From an archaeon (lineage in GTDB: Archaea; Methanobacteriota_B; Thermococci; Methanofastidiosales; NM3): 64,000 bases of DNA. Every line of letters begins with the position of its first letter. Positions within the stretch are counted from its first letter, which is position 1. Of the stretch, positions 8,925-18,822 are shown one piece after another. The notes beneath the pieces are model-generated. The model saw nothing but the letters and a program-made list of their open reading frames with translations. It did not search any database and had not been told where the DNA came from. The position numbers and the translations under genes are program-made. Where the stretch lies: NCBI GenBank assembly GCA_004212155.1, contig RXIG01000002.1, positions 1 through 64,000 of the forward strand. Direction: 5' to 3'.

Positions 8925-10292
8925 TTACTCTCCTCCGGAGTTCTTGCTCTCTTCGAGGTGTTTTGCGATGAAGTCTGTGTGGAACACACCGCCCTGGAAT
9001 ACCTTGTTGTTCATCACTTTCTTGTGGAAAGCGATGGTCGTGGTCACGCCCTCGACGATGAACTCATCGAGCGCGCGGTTCATGCGTGCGATGGCCTCTT
9101 CACGGTCCTCTCCCCAGACGATGAGCTTTGCGATGAGCGAGTCGTAGTATGGTGGTATCTCGTATCCGTCAAACGCAGCGGTGTCGATCCTGACGAAAGG
9201 ACCGCCGGGAAGGATGAGCTTTTCTATCTTCCCCGGGCATGGGGCGAACGTCTGCGGGTCCTCGGCGTTGATACGGCATTCGATCGAGTGGCCCTTGAGG
9301 GAGATGTCCTCCTGCTTGTAGGGCAGCTTCTCGCCTGCCGCGACCCGTATGCCGACCTTTACTATATCGGTAAGCGAGATCATCTCGCTGACACAGTGCT
9401 CGACCTGGACACGCGTGTTCATCTCCATGAAGTAGAACTCGTTGGTCCTGTCATCAAAGAGGAACTCGACAGTTCCGGCCCCTTCGTACTTCGCCGCGAG
9501 CGCCGCCTTGACGGCCGCCTCGCCCATCTTCTTTCGCACCTCGGGAGATACTGCGGGGGAGGGACCCTCCTCGACGAGCTTCTGATGTCGGCGCTGGATG
9601 GAGCAGTCGCGTTCACCGAGGTAGATGGCGTTTCCGTGCTGGTCTGCCATGACCTGGATCTCGACATGGCGCGCGACGTCGATGAACTTCTCGATGTAGA
9701 CGTCGGGGTTGCCGAACGCGGCCTGCGCCTCCGTCTGGCACGAGCGCAACGCCGCCTCGAGCTCATTTCCGTTCTTGACCATGCGCATCCCCTTGCCGCC
9801 GCCACCAGCGGTGGCCTTGCAAATAACGGGGAATCCTATCTTGTCGGTAAGCTCCTTGGCTTCCTTGTAGTTTTTAATAATACCATCTGAGCCTGGTGTG
9901 ACAGGCACGCCACCCTTGATCATCGTCTTCTTGGCCGTTGATTTGTCGCCCATGAGATCGATAGACTCCGGCGAGGGGCCGATGAACTTGATATCATTGG
10001 CCCTGCACAACTTGGAGAATCGGGCGTTCTCTGCCAAGAATCCATATCCGGGGTGGATTGCTTCGGCACCGGTGACAATTGCGGCATTGATGATGTTCAT
10101 CATGTTAAGGTAGCTCTTTGTTGCCGGCGCCGGACCGATGTTTACAGCTTCATCGGCCAATTTGACGTGGAGGGCGTTCTCGTCAGCATCAGAATAGACG
10201 GCGACCGTCTTGATGCCGAGCTCTTTGCACGCCCTGATCACTCTTACGGCTATTTCTCCTCTGTTTGCAATAAGGACTTTGTTAAACATCAT
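8925..10292 (-). CDS. accC: Biotin carboxylase embedded in the malonate decarboxylase cluster
   Basis: Full BC motif set ([61 protein letters not shown]); AGGAGG RBS. Confidence 0.94.
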   Translation of the reverse strand: MMFNKVLIANRGEIAVRVIRACKELGIKTVAVYSDADENALHVKLADEAVNIGPAPATKSYLNMMNIINAAIVTGAEAIHPGYGFLAENARFSKLCRANDIKFIGPSPESIDLMGDKSTAKKTMIKGGVPVTPGSDGIIKNYKEAKELTDKIGFPVICKATAGGGGKGMRMVKNGNELEAALRSCQTEAQAAFGNPDVYIEKFIDVARHVEIQVMADQHGNAIYLGERDCSIQRRHQKLVEEGPSPAVSPEVRKKMGEAAVKAALAAKYEGAGTVEFLFDDRTNEFYFMEMNTRVQVEHCVSEMISLTDIVKVGIRVAAGEKLPYKQEDISLKGHSIECRINAEDPQTFAPCPGKIEKLILPGGPFVRIDTAAFDGYEIPPYYDSLIAKLIVWGEDREEAIARMNRALDEFIVEGVTTTIAFHKKVMNNKVFQGGVFHTDFIAKHLEESKNSGGE

Positions 10293-10300
10293 ATCCCTCC

Positions 10301-12043
10301 TTACCAATTCCTAAATCGAGTTGGGGCTTCATATAATCCGTCCGACCATCGTACGAGGTCCGCCATGCTCTTTGCTGCTAGCTTCGAGCGCTTTGCGTCG
10401 TTGAACGAGAGATTGAGATCCTCAGGCAGTGACACGATGCCATCCTTCCTGAGCTTCTTGGTCTTGCTCTCCTCGGCCTTCATGCCAAGAGGCGTGTAGC
10501 CGGCAACGGCACAGATGGCGTCCATGCGCTCCTTGAGCGTCTTGCACTTGTGCAGGTATGCGATACCCTCCTCTGTGACGATGTGCGTGAGATTGTCGGC
10601 GTAGATCATCACGGGCGGGATGGCGAACTTTGCCTGCTTTTGCAGCTCGAACGCATCAAGCTTCTCGACGAACACGGGGGACATGCCCTCGCCGAAGGTC
10701 TCGACCATCTGCACGACGAGCTTCCTTCCCCTGTCGATAGGACCGATGAGGTCTTTTCTCATCCCATCCTCTTTCGAGGCCTGCAGCCATCCAGGACTTG
10801 GGTGCCTTCTTCCAGGGGCGTTGCACGCCATGTTCGGGGCGCCGCCAAATCCAGGTATCCTTCCCGCTGTTGCTGCAGCACTGTTGCCGTACTGGTCGAT
10901 CTGCAGCGTCGAGCCGAAGAATGCGTCTATGGCATAGTGTCCGGCAAGCTGTGCCATGACCCTGTTGGAACGCATCGTACCGTCAGGCCCAACGGGGAAT
11001 ATGTCGGGCTTTGTCATGAGATAGTTTTCCATGCCGACCTCGCTGCCAAACGGCATCATGGTCTTTACCCATCCCGTCTCTATCGCAGGGATCATCGTCG
11101 GGTGCGGGTTGAGCGCCCAGTGGCTGCAAATGTTTCCCTTCATGCCCATCTCTTCACCGAAGGTCGGGAGAAGGAGCTCCACTGCCGCCGTGTTGAAGCC
11201 GATGCCGTGATTGAGCGTCTTGATCTTGTACTTGTCGTAGATGCCGACAAGCGAGAGCATGGCAATGAATATCTGTGATTCCGTGATGAGTCCCGGGTCC
11301 CGGGTAAAGAGCGGCTCGATGTAGTATGGTTCGTCGGTGGCTATGACGAAGTCGACCCATTCGGCCGGTATGTCGACCCTGGGTACTTTGTCGACGACCT
11401 CGTTCACCTGTGCGATGACGATGCCGTTCCTGAACTTGCTGGCCTCGACGACGGCTGGCGTTTCCTCTGTGTTGAATCCCGTGTAGAGATTGCCGTTCTT
11501 GTCAGCTACGTTTGCCGCGACAAGCGAGACCTTTGGCACCAGGTCAAGGTACATGCGGCACAAGAGTTCGACGTAGGTATGGATGGCGCCGATGTTGATC
11601 TTGCCCTCCATGACCATAGTGGCGAGCTCCGAGGCAACGGGTCCGGAATAACAGAAGTCGACTTTCGTGGCGATGCCCTTTTCGAAGACCTTCAGGTGGT
11701 CCGACAATGCGAGGGCCGACTGAAGCATGTGAAGGTTGTTGACCTTCGTCTTGTCCAATTTGGTGAGACATGCTGCGAGGAAGTCTGCCTGTTTTTGGTT
11801 GTCACCCTCGATGTAGACCCGGTCTCCGGGCCTCAATACTGCCTCGAGGAGCGCAACACAATCGGATGCGTCGACGACCTTCGTTCCAGCTTTCCGGAAC
11901 GACTTCGCGTCGACCATGCGCTTTCGTGTGTCCTCACCGGACTTGTCCCATCCTTTCTTGGCCTCTTCGATCTTCTTGTCCTTCTTGCTTACGGCCTTGC
12001 TGGGTGAGAAGAATATGTCTTTTACAAGGTTTATCTCTTCCAT
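10301..12043 (-). CDS. mdcA: Malonate decarboxylase alpha subunit (acetyl-ACP:malonate ACP transferase, MdcA/MadA)
   Basis: Motifs [64 protein letters not shown] and VTEEGIAYL; C-terminal PTRFRNW; alternative GTG start at 12064. Confidence 0.95.
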   Translation of the reverse strand: MEEINLVKDIFFSPSKAVSKKDKKIEEAKKGWDKSGEDTRKRMVDAKSFRKAGTKVVDASDCVALLEAVLRPGDRVYIEGDNQKQADFLAACLTKLDKTKVNNLHMLQSALALSDHLKVFEKGIATKVDFCYSGPVASELATMVMEGKINIGAIHTYVELLCRMYLDLVPKVSLVAANVADKNGNLYTGFNTEETPAVVEASKFRNGIVIAQVNEVVDKVPRVDIPAEWVDFVIATDEPYYIEPLFTRDPGLITESQIFIAMLSLVGIYDKYKIKTLNHGIGFNTAAVELLLPTFGEEMGMKGNICSHWALNPHPTMIPAIETGWVKTMMPFGSEVGMENYLMTKPDIFPVGPDGTMRSNRVMAQLAGHYAIDAFFGSTLQIDQYGNSAAATAGRIPGFGGAPNMACNAPGRRHPSPGWLQASKEDGMRKDLIGPIDRGRKLVVQMVETFGEGMSPVFVEKLDAFELQKQAKFAIPPVMIYADNLTHIVTEEGIAYLHKCKTLKERMDAICAVAGYTPLGMKAEESKTKKLRKDGIVSLPEDLNLSFNDAKRSKLAAKSMADLVRWSDGLYEAPTRFRNW

Positions 12044-12070
12044 TTGATCACGTTCCTGTGACACCCAGCT

Positions 12071-12547
12071 CTAGAGAGGCTCAAGCTCAATCAGTACGTC
12101 TCCTGTTTTGACAATCTCTTCGTTTTCAACAAGAATCTTGGACAACTTGGCCTTCTTAGGAGCGGTAACCTCGTTGAACAGTTTCATGGCCTCGACGAGA
12201 CCAACGACCTGACCTGCCTCAACGATGTCGCCCTCTTTTGGCAGTGGCTCGCGGTCAACTGTCGTACCGGGGTGGACGTAGGCCACACCAGGCGTCGGGG
12301 CGGTAAGCTGAATAACGTTGGTAGAAGCTGCGGGTTCGGCCGGCTTTGCCGGTGCAGCTGCCTCTTCCTCCGCTTCCTCCTCTGCTGGAAGCGAGACTTG
12401 AGGCTGTGGAGCGGCTGCCGCGGGGGCGGCGCCACCGGATGGGGATACAGTCCTGATTTCGACTGAATCCTTTCGTACAATCAATTCTGCAATTTTGTTT
12501 TTCTTACAAGCTTCAAGGATAGCTATCAAAGATTCCAAGTCTAACAT
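12071..12547 (-). CDS. Biotin carboxyl carrier protein (AccB/MadF-like)
   Basis: EAMKLFNEV biotinylation motif, Ala/Pro/Glu-rich linker and AccB-like N-terminus; GGAGGG RBS. Confidence 0.92.
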   Translation of the reverse strand: MLDLESLIAILEACKKNKIAELIVRKDSVEIRTVSPSGGAAPAAAAPQPQVSLPAEEEAEEEAAAPAKPAEPAASTNVIQLTAPTPGVAYVHPGTTVDREPLPKEGDIVEAGQVVGLVEAMKLFNEVTAPKKAKLSKILVENEEIVKTGDVLIELEPL

Positions 12548-12599
12548 TCATTTCCCTCCACTTGAATTAAAATCCTTCCTGTAGGTTTAAAAAAAATCA

Positions 12600-12668
12600 G
12601 AATTCCATGGTTATTTTGGAATTCCTATTTCCGTTGCGACTGCTTAACGGATGTATAAAAAGGTTTCG
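12600..12668 (-). promoter_or_regulatory. Promoter (BRE+TATA) of the malonate cluster with a downstream inverted repeat
   Basis: Minus strand CCGAAACC-TTTTTATA; perfect inverted repeat GAATTCCA-N9-TGGAATTC at 12600-12624. Confidence 0.6.
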
Positions 12669-12778
12669 GTTTTGTGGAAAATAGGACACAATCCTGCGAC
12701 AATGATGGCTGTTTTTGGAATGATTTTCTATATATAATATATATTATAATGATTCTGGGAATAAAAAAGGAAGGATGG

Positions 12779-13234
12779 TCACTTATTGATCGCCTTTACG
12801 ATGAACGCCAGAGCCACGAATATGACGATGAGAGGGAAGACCATCGCCCAGTTGAAGAACCAAAACATCGTCGGGAGCGCAAAGTGGACGCCAAGCGTCC
12901 TGAGCAGCCACAGCACACCAAATGCGAGTATGACGAGGCCCACGAGCAATGTCGCGATCGACGACGCATCGCCTGAGGTGCGCGTCATGTGATCTTGTTC
13001 CTGGTCCGAGGTCGGGCGCGTTCCCTCGAGCGTTTGTTGTTCGGCTTGTTCTCGTGGTTCCTCGGGGATGATGATCCAGCACACGATGTATGCAAGGACC
13101 CCGCTTCCTCCCGCAAACAGGAACAGTATCCACAGCAATCTGATGAGCGTCGGATCGACCTCGAGATAGTGGGCGATACCTCCGGCAACGCCCCCGAGCA
13201 CGCTGTCTTTTCGTGAACGATAGAGCCTTTTCAT
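12779..13234 (-). CDS. PspC-domain membrane protein
   Basis: MKRLYRSRKDSVLGGVAGGIAHYL...RLLW...AYIVCWIIIPEE; AGGTGA RBS before the ATG at 13234. Confidence 0.9.
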   Translation of the reverse strand: MKRLYRSRKDSVLGGVAGGIAHYLEVDPTLIRLLWILFLFAGGSGVLAYIVCWIIIPEEPREQAEQQTLEGTRPTSDQEQDHMTRTSGDASSIATLLVGLVILAFGVLWLLRTLGVHFALPTMFWFFNWAMVFPLIVIFVALAFIVKAINK

Positions 13235-13308
13235 GTCATCACCTACAGAGCCCCCCCTCCCGGGGCATGAGGTGTAATGGGTAATGTTCAGTAATATAAA
13301 TATTACTA

Positions 13309-14082
13309 TTACTGTAACGGTGCTGTTGAGCGACCGTCCCCAAGCGCTGTGACCTCCATGGCGTTGATGACGGCATGGCATGAGCATGAGGTCGCAACGG
13401 CAAACCTCGTGCCTTCCTTCATCGAACGCATCACGCCAAGAAATGCCTTGACGTCGCTTCCCTCGATACCACCAACGCCAGCCGTGTCGCTCAACAGGAA
13501 GCTGCGCATGAGAAACGCCTCACCGCACGAACTCGCCATCGCGTCATCGACGAGTTTGTACATGGGCGCTGGATGCGTGCGCCCCGTGACAGGACATAAC
13601 TCCGGCTGGGGGCACACGTCCATGCACATCGTGCCCTCATCCATGAAGCTTGTCACGATGATCCCGTCGTCACGGTCTGCGATGAGGATGATGTCGTCGT
13701 CGAGCCTGTCGGCCATGCGGTCGCACCCCCCGCCCCATGGTATGGCGCCAAGTGTGCGGCGGGATAGGAGGCGTATTGCCGCCTTGGCCATGAGATGCCC
13801 TGGCGAGGCAGGCACCACGATGTCGGGACACCGGTGGGCGACCACGTCAGCTATGATGTCCAAGCCGTCGCCTTGCAGGTACTGCACCACGCCACCAAGC
13901 CCGAAGTCGATCTCATCGAGCCGCTTGATGGTCCTGGTCGCGACGGCGCTTGCAGCACAGTTCTGCCGGGGATCGATCACGAGCGTGACAGCACCATGCA
14001 GTTTCGAGGTCGTGGCCGCCCTCGTACCGAAATTGCCCCCTCCGATGCATACCGTGAAGTCAAAAGGTCCAACAGACCCCAT
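13309..14082 (-). CDS. Uncharacterised Rossmann-fold, Cys-rich protein
   Basis: N-terminal IGGGNFG dinucleotide-binding motif; CxxxCxxxxxC and SCSCH clusters; GGGGGAAG upstream. Confidence 0.65.
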   Translation of the reverse strand: MGSVGPFDFTVCIGGGNFGTRAATTSKLHGAVTLVIDPRQNCAASAVATRTIKRLDEIDFGLGGVVQYLQGDGLDIIADVVAHRCPDIVVPASPGHLMAKAAIRLLSRRTLGAIPWGGGCDRMADRLDDDIILIADRDDGIIVTSFMDEGTMCMDVCPQPELCPVTGRTHPAPMYKLVDDAMASSCGEAFLMRSFLLSDTAGVGGIEGSDVKAFLGVMRSMKEGTRFAVATSCSCHAVINAMEVTALGDGRSTAPLQ

Positions 14083-14202
14083 CTACTTCCCCCCATCTGC
14101 AGCACGGGCGATGCATAGTAAAAAAATCATGGCAGTTTCCCGGTGTAGCACTCCAAGACAATATTTATATATGCAACGGTTCCCCTATTATAAGGGATCG
14201 TC

Positions 14203-16062
14203 ATGAGAATACTTGCCCTTCATTCGGATTTTATCAAGTACGAGGTAACAAAAAAGACAAAGGTTGCCGAAGAAATAGATGAGAGCCTAAAAAAGAACGA
14301 AATGGACGAATGTCTTACCGTCTTTACCAGCGTCGAGAAGGAGGACATGGCAGACATGGATGCCCTCATTGCCGAGGCTTCGAAGGCCGTAAGGGACATC
14401 GCGCGGCAGCTGAACGTGGATTCGATCTTCATCTATCCTTACGTTCACCTGACATCCTCACCCTCGACGCCAGAATTTGCAAAGGAGTTCTTCCCCCTCT
14501 TCGAACAGGAACTTGCCAAGGACCACACCGTGAAACGATCCCCCTTTGGCTACTACAAATCGTTTAACATCTCGTGCAAGGGCCATCCGCTAAGCGAGCT
14601 CTCGCGTGAGATACACGTCACGCCTAAAAAGGAGGACGAGGAGGTCGTCTCCGAGGCGCTCGTTTCAGAAGAGCGCATCACATCCTCGTGGCATGTGCTC
14701 GATGTCGATGGCTCGCTCGTCGACGTCGGCGACTTCGACTTCACTGGCCATGAGAACCTCAAAACGTTTGTCGACTACGAGATATCCGGGTCGCGCGCTG
14801 CCGAGCAGGAACCGCCCCACGTCGAGATCATGAGGAAGATGGAGCTTGTCGACTACGAACCAGGCAGCGATTCGGGCAATCTGCGCTGGTATCCGAAGGG
14901 AACGCTCATCAAGCGCCTCCTCGAGCAGCACATTACCAACGTCGTGCACTCGTATGGCGCGATGGAGGTGGAAACCCCAATCATGTATGATTTTGAGCAT
15001 CCCAAGCTCTCGCGATACCTCCATCGATTCCCAGCAAGGCAGTACACCGTGCTCTCGGGGGACAAGCGGTTCTTCTTGCGATTTGCCGCATGCTTCGGCC
15101 AGTATCTCATCAAGCACGACATGACGGTATCATATAAGCATCTCCCGCTGCGCCTCTACGAACTTACCCATTACAGTTTCAGGCGGGAGCAGGGTGGCGA
15201 GCTCTCGGGCCTTCGGCGCCTTCGGGCCTTCACCATGCCCGACATGCACACGCTGGTCGCTGACATGGACGGCGCGAAAAGCGAGTTCTTCGAACAGTTC
15301 AAGCTCTGCATCAGGTGGATGGAGGACCTGGGCACGAACTTCGAGACAGGCATCCGATTCGTACGCTCGTTCTACGAGGAGAACAGGGAGTTTGTCGCAT
15401 CACTTGTCAGGGAGCTTGGCCGTCCCGTGCTCGTCGAGATGTGGGACGAGCGCCCGTTCTACTTCGTCATGAAGTTCGAGTTCAACTTCGTCGACGCCCT
15501 CAAGAAGGCGTCAGCCCTCTCGACGGTGCAAATTGACATCGAGAACACGGAGCGGTTTGACCTGACCTACATCAACGAGGCAGGCGAGCGCGTCAATCCC
15601 CTCATGCTCCACACCAGCGTCTCTGGCGCCATCGATAGGAACGTCTTTGCGCTCCTGGAACAGGCGTATATGGATGGACAGAAGGGCACCAAGCCGATGC
15701 TTCCGCTCTGGCTGTCCCCGACACAGGTGCGCCTGCTACCTATCAACGAGGAGCTCGTGCCGTTTTGCAATGACCTCGTTGCGCAGCTGGGCGACTTCCG
15801 TGTCGATGTCGACGACCGGTCGGAAAGCCTTGGGAAGAAGATCCGGGCCGCTGAGAAGGAATGGGTCCCCTATATCGTCGTCATCGGCGAGAAGGAACGC
15901 GAGAGCGGCTTGCTCTCGGTACGCATACGTTCGACCGGGGAGAAGGCCGATATGTCTGTCGAACAGATGAGGGAGACACTGCGTGCGCAGACCGCCGGCG
16001 TGCCGTACCGGCCGCTCCCGCTGCCGGACCACCTCTCGAAACGCCCGAAGTTCAGGGGATAA
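14203..16062 (+). CDS. thrS: Threonyl-tRNA synthetase, archaeal type with N-terminal editing domain
   Basis: Motifs MRILALHSD, YPYVHL, PFGYYK..CKGHPLSELSR, LRFAACFG, FRREQ.GE and RLRAFTMPDMH. Confidence 0.97.
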   Translation: MRILALHSDFIKYEVTKKTKVAEEIDESLKKNEMDECLTVFTSVEKEDMADMDALIAEASKAVRDIARQLNVDSIFIYPYVHLTSSPSTPEFAKEFFPLFEQELAKDHTVKRSPFGYYKSFNISCKGHPLSELSREIHVTPKKEDEEVVSEALVSEERITSSWHVLDVDGSLVDVGDFDFTGHENLKTFVDYEISGSRAAEQEPPHVEIMRKMELVDYEPGSDSGNLRWYPKGTLIKRLLEQHITNVVHSYGAMEVETPIMYDFEHPKLSRYLHRFPARQYTVLSGDKRFFLRFAACFGQYLIKHDMTVSYKHLPLRLYELTHYSFRREQGGELSGLRRLRAFTMPDMHTLVADMDGAKSEFFEQFKLCIRWMEDLGTNFETGIRFVRSFYEENREFVASLVRELGRPVLVEMWDERPFYFVMKFEFNFVDALKKASALSTVQIDIENTERFDLTYINEAGERVNPLMLHTSVSGAIDRNVFALLEQAYMDGQKGTKPMLPLWLSPTQVRLLPINEELVPFCNDLVAQLGDFRVDVDDRSESLGKKIRAAEKEWVPYIVVIGEKERESGLLSVRIRSTGEKADMSVEQMRETLRAQTAGVPYRPLPLPDHLSKRPKFRG

Positions 16063-16094
16063 TTAATTAACCCCGCCTGCGTCCGTAGTTGTGG

Positions 16095-17477
16095 ATGTAT
16101 AAGAAGTCATTGTACTTGTTCATCGCCAACACACTCAATCGGGCGCTCAACTTCATCCTGCGCATCGTGTTGCGCATCGCATTGGGGTCGACGGGATTCG
16201 GCATCATTGCCGTCATCCTCCCTGTGCAGAATCTCATCCTTACCATCACATCGTACGCCGTGACCCCCACGGTGTCCAAGTACGTATCGGAGGACCGTGC
16301 GCGCCAGCAGGGAGAGGACCCGTATCCATTCCTTTTCGCTGTGGTCGGTATCATCCTCTTTGCCGCAGGCATGGTCCTTGCCCCCGCCTTTGCATCGTTT
16401 CTCTCACCACAGTTCGAGAAGGCGATCATCGGGCCGCTTCGCATCATGTTCGCCGTCATACCCATCGGCGTGGTCTTTTCCGTGCTCACAGGCATTTTCT
16501 TCGGGCGGCAGCGCGCCGCGATCGTTGCCGGTGCGCTCTTTCTCGTACAGGTTGTCACCGTGGCAAGCGCCTATGTGTTGGGCATCTCGCTTGGTGTCGA
16601 TGGGGCGGTCTTTGCATTCATCATCGCATACGCCGCTGGGATCGCGGTGCTTCTTGTCCCCTACCTCAGGAGTGTGTCGGCGCATGGCTTCGACTGGACG
16701 CGCGCACGCTCGATGTTACGCTTCTCACTGCCGATGCTTGTCACATCACTTGGCATCGTTACCCTCTTCCAGGCAGACATCATCGTGCTCGGGCGCTACT
16801 ATGGCCCCGACGAGACGGCCGTCTATGGCCTCGTCGCGCCGACCTCACGGCTGATACCGTCGTTTGCCATCGCGCTTTCCATGATGCTCCTTCCCCGCCT
16901 GTCGGAGCTTACTGCGCGACGATCCACACATCTTGCCAGGCGCACCGTGAGCAGGGCGCTAAGCGTTACCGCCATCGTCTCACTGCCGTTGACGTTTTCC
17001 CTGATGGCGTTTTCCGAGGAGGTCCTCTTCGTGCTCTTCGATACGACAGAGGCGGTCATGCCGCTGCGCATCCTGGCGTTTGGCATGTTGTGCTATTCGC
17101 TCTTCTACGTACTTTCTTCGTCACTGCAGGGGTATGACAAGCCACATGTGCCGATGTATGCATTGAGTGTGTGTGCAGTCCTCGATGTTGTGCTATGTTT
17201 CATGTTAATTCCACGTTATGGCATCCTCGGGGCAAGTGTGGCCACGGGCGCAAGCCTTGCGATCGTGCTCATCGTGCTTTTCTCATACGTTCGCCCGTCA
17301 CTCGACATCCCCGTGCTCAACATGGCCGGCATCATCCCCCTTGTCGTGTTCGAGCATTTCGTCGGCATCGTCGGCGGGCCGGTGACAACGGTTGTTATTT
17401 ATGGCCTCGCTGCGACGGTGTACATGGTTGCCGTTGTCCATTATAACGGGCTTCTGGCATTAATGAGGGAGGAATGA
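16095..17477 (+). CDS. MOP-superfamily flippase (Wzx/polysaccharide export family)
   Basis: About 12-14 hydrophobic segments; LGSTGFG, FSLP, DIIVLG and LIPRYGILGA motifs. Confidence 0.8.
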   Translation: MYKKSLYLFIANTLNRALNFILRIVLRIALGSTGFGIIAVILPVQNLILTITSYAVTPTVSKYVSEDRARQQGEDPYPFLFAVVGIILFAAGMVLAPAFASFLSPQFEKAIIGPLRIMFAVIPIGVVFSVLTGIFFGRQRAAIVAGALFLVQVVTVASAYVLGISLGVDGAVFAFIIAYAAGIAVLLVPYLRSVSAHGFDWTRARSMLRFSLPMLVTSLGIVTLFQADIIVLGRYYGPDETAVYGLVAPTSRLIPSFAIALSMMLLPRLSELTARRSTHLARRTVSRALSVTAIVSLPLTFSLMAFSEEVLFVLFDTTEAVMPLRILAFGMLCYSLFYVLSSSLQGYDKPHVPMYALSVCAVLDVVLCFMLIPRYGILGASVATGASLAIVLIVLFSYVRPSLDIPVLNMAGIIPLVVFEHFVGIVGGPVTTVVIYGLAATVYMVAVVHYNGLLALMREE

Positions 17478-17478
17478 A

Positions 17479-18819
17479 ATGCAGGTCGTAGTCATAGGGG
17501 GGGGCGCAGCAGGAACGTCTGCTGCCCTCGAGATACGCAAACGTCTTCGCGATGCGACGATCATCGTCTTCAACGAAGGTCCCCATACCGAATACTCGCC
17601 TTGTGCGCTCCCGTTCGTGATCGGGGGGCATATCGGCTCGTTCGACGACATTATCATGCATTCGCCGTCGTTTTATGATTCCATTGCCCATATCGACCTC
17701 AGGCTCTCGACAAGGGTGACGTCGATCGACCGAGACGCGAAACAGGTCCACACCACACACGGAACCGAGTCCTACGACAAGCTCGTCATCGCCACGGGCA
17801 GCACTCCCGCATTGCCGCCAGTCGAGGGGCTTGCCGAGGCATGCGCAAGCGAGCGCATCGTCGTGTTCAAGGATCTCGACGATGCCAAAGCCGTCGATGC
17901 GCTCTGCGATTCATCGAAAAGGGCACTGGTCATCGGCGCAGGTCTCATCGGAACGGAGATGGCCGTCGCGCTCAATGAACGAGGACTCTCGGTCACCATG
18001 GCAGAGGCGCTGCCGACGATCCTCCCCCATGTGCTTGATGAGGACATGGCATCGCGCGTGATACGTCACCTCACCTCCATCGGCATCAATGTTCGCACGG
18101 CTACGTGCGTCGAACACATCGCGGTCAACGGCACCCGCGTCAGCGCCCGTCTCGCAGGCGGGGAAGAGGAGTTTGACTTTTGCATCGTCGCATGCGGCGT
18201 GTGTGCCGTGACAGGGCTTGCAGTGGAGGCAGGACTCGATATTGAAGGAGGCATATTCGTCTCGGAGACGATGCAGACGACCGATCCCGACATCTATGCG
18301 TGCGGCGACTGCTGTTCGTCGGTGTGCGCCATCACCGGCAATCGTACGCTCAGCCAGCTAGGATCGACCGCGGTACGACAGTCAAAAGTGCTTGCCGCGC
18401 ATTTGGCTGGCTCCCCGGTGCAGTTCCCTCCCGTGCTCAACACGGCCATCACGCGCCTAGCCGGCCTTGACATCGCTTCCACAGGCCTGACACATGCCCT
18501 TGCCCAAGAGGCAGGATTTGATACATTGTCATCCCGTTACAAGGGCCAAACACTCCCCGAGTACTACCCTGGTGGCGATGAGATCACGATAAAGCTCGTC
18601 TTCACTCCTACAGGCCATATCCTCGGTGGTCAGGTCATTGGCATATCAGGTGTCCTGACGCGCATTGACGCGCTCTCGGTGGCGATACAAAACGGTATGG
18701 ACCTCGGGCAGGTGACCATCATGGAGACCGCATACACGCCGCCCGTCTCACCGACGATCGATCCGCTGTGCACGGCCGCAGAGATGGCGTTGCGACGATT
18801 GAAGAAAAAGACAGGATAG
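17479..18819 (+). CDS. FAD-dependent NADH oxidase / CoA-disulfide reductase family protein
   Basis: GGGAAG, YSPCALP (redox Cys), ATGS, GAGLIG, IYACGDC and C-terminal AYTPP. Confidence 0.88.
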   Translation: MQVVVIGGGAAGTSAALEIRKRLRDATIIVFNEGPHTEYSPCALPFVIGGHIGSFDDIIMHSPSFYDSIAHIDLRLSTRVTSIDRDAKQVHTTHGTESYDKLVIATGSTPALPPVEGLAEACASERIVVFKDLDDAKAVDALCDSSKRALVIGAGLIGTEMAVALNERGLSVTMAEALPTILPHVLDEDMASRVIRHLTSIGINVRTATCVEHIAVNGTRVSARLAGGEEEFDFCIVACGVCAVTGLAVEAGLDIEGGIFVSETMQTTDPDIYACGDCCSSVCAITGNRTLSQLGSTAVRQSKVLAAHLAGSPVQFPPVLNTAITRLAGLDIASTGLTHALAQEAGFDTLSSRYKGQTLPEYYPGGDEITIKLVFTPTGHILGGQVIGISGVLTRIDALSVAIQNGMDLGQVTIMETAYTPPVSPTIDPLCTAAEMALRRLKKKTG

Positions 18820-18822
18820 GAA

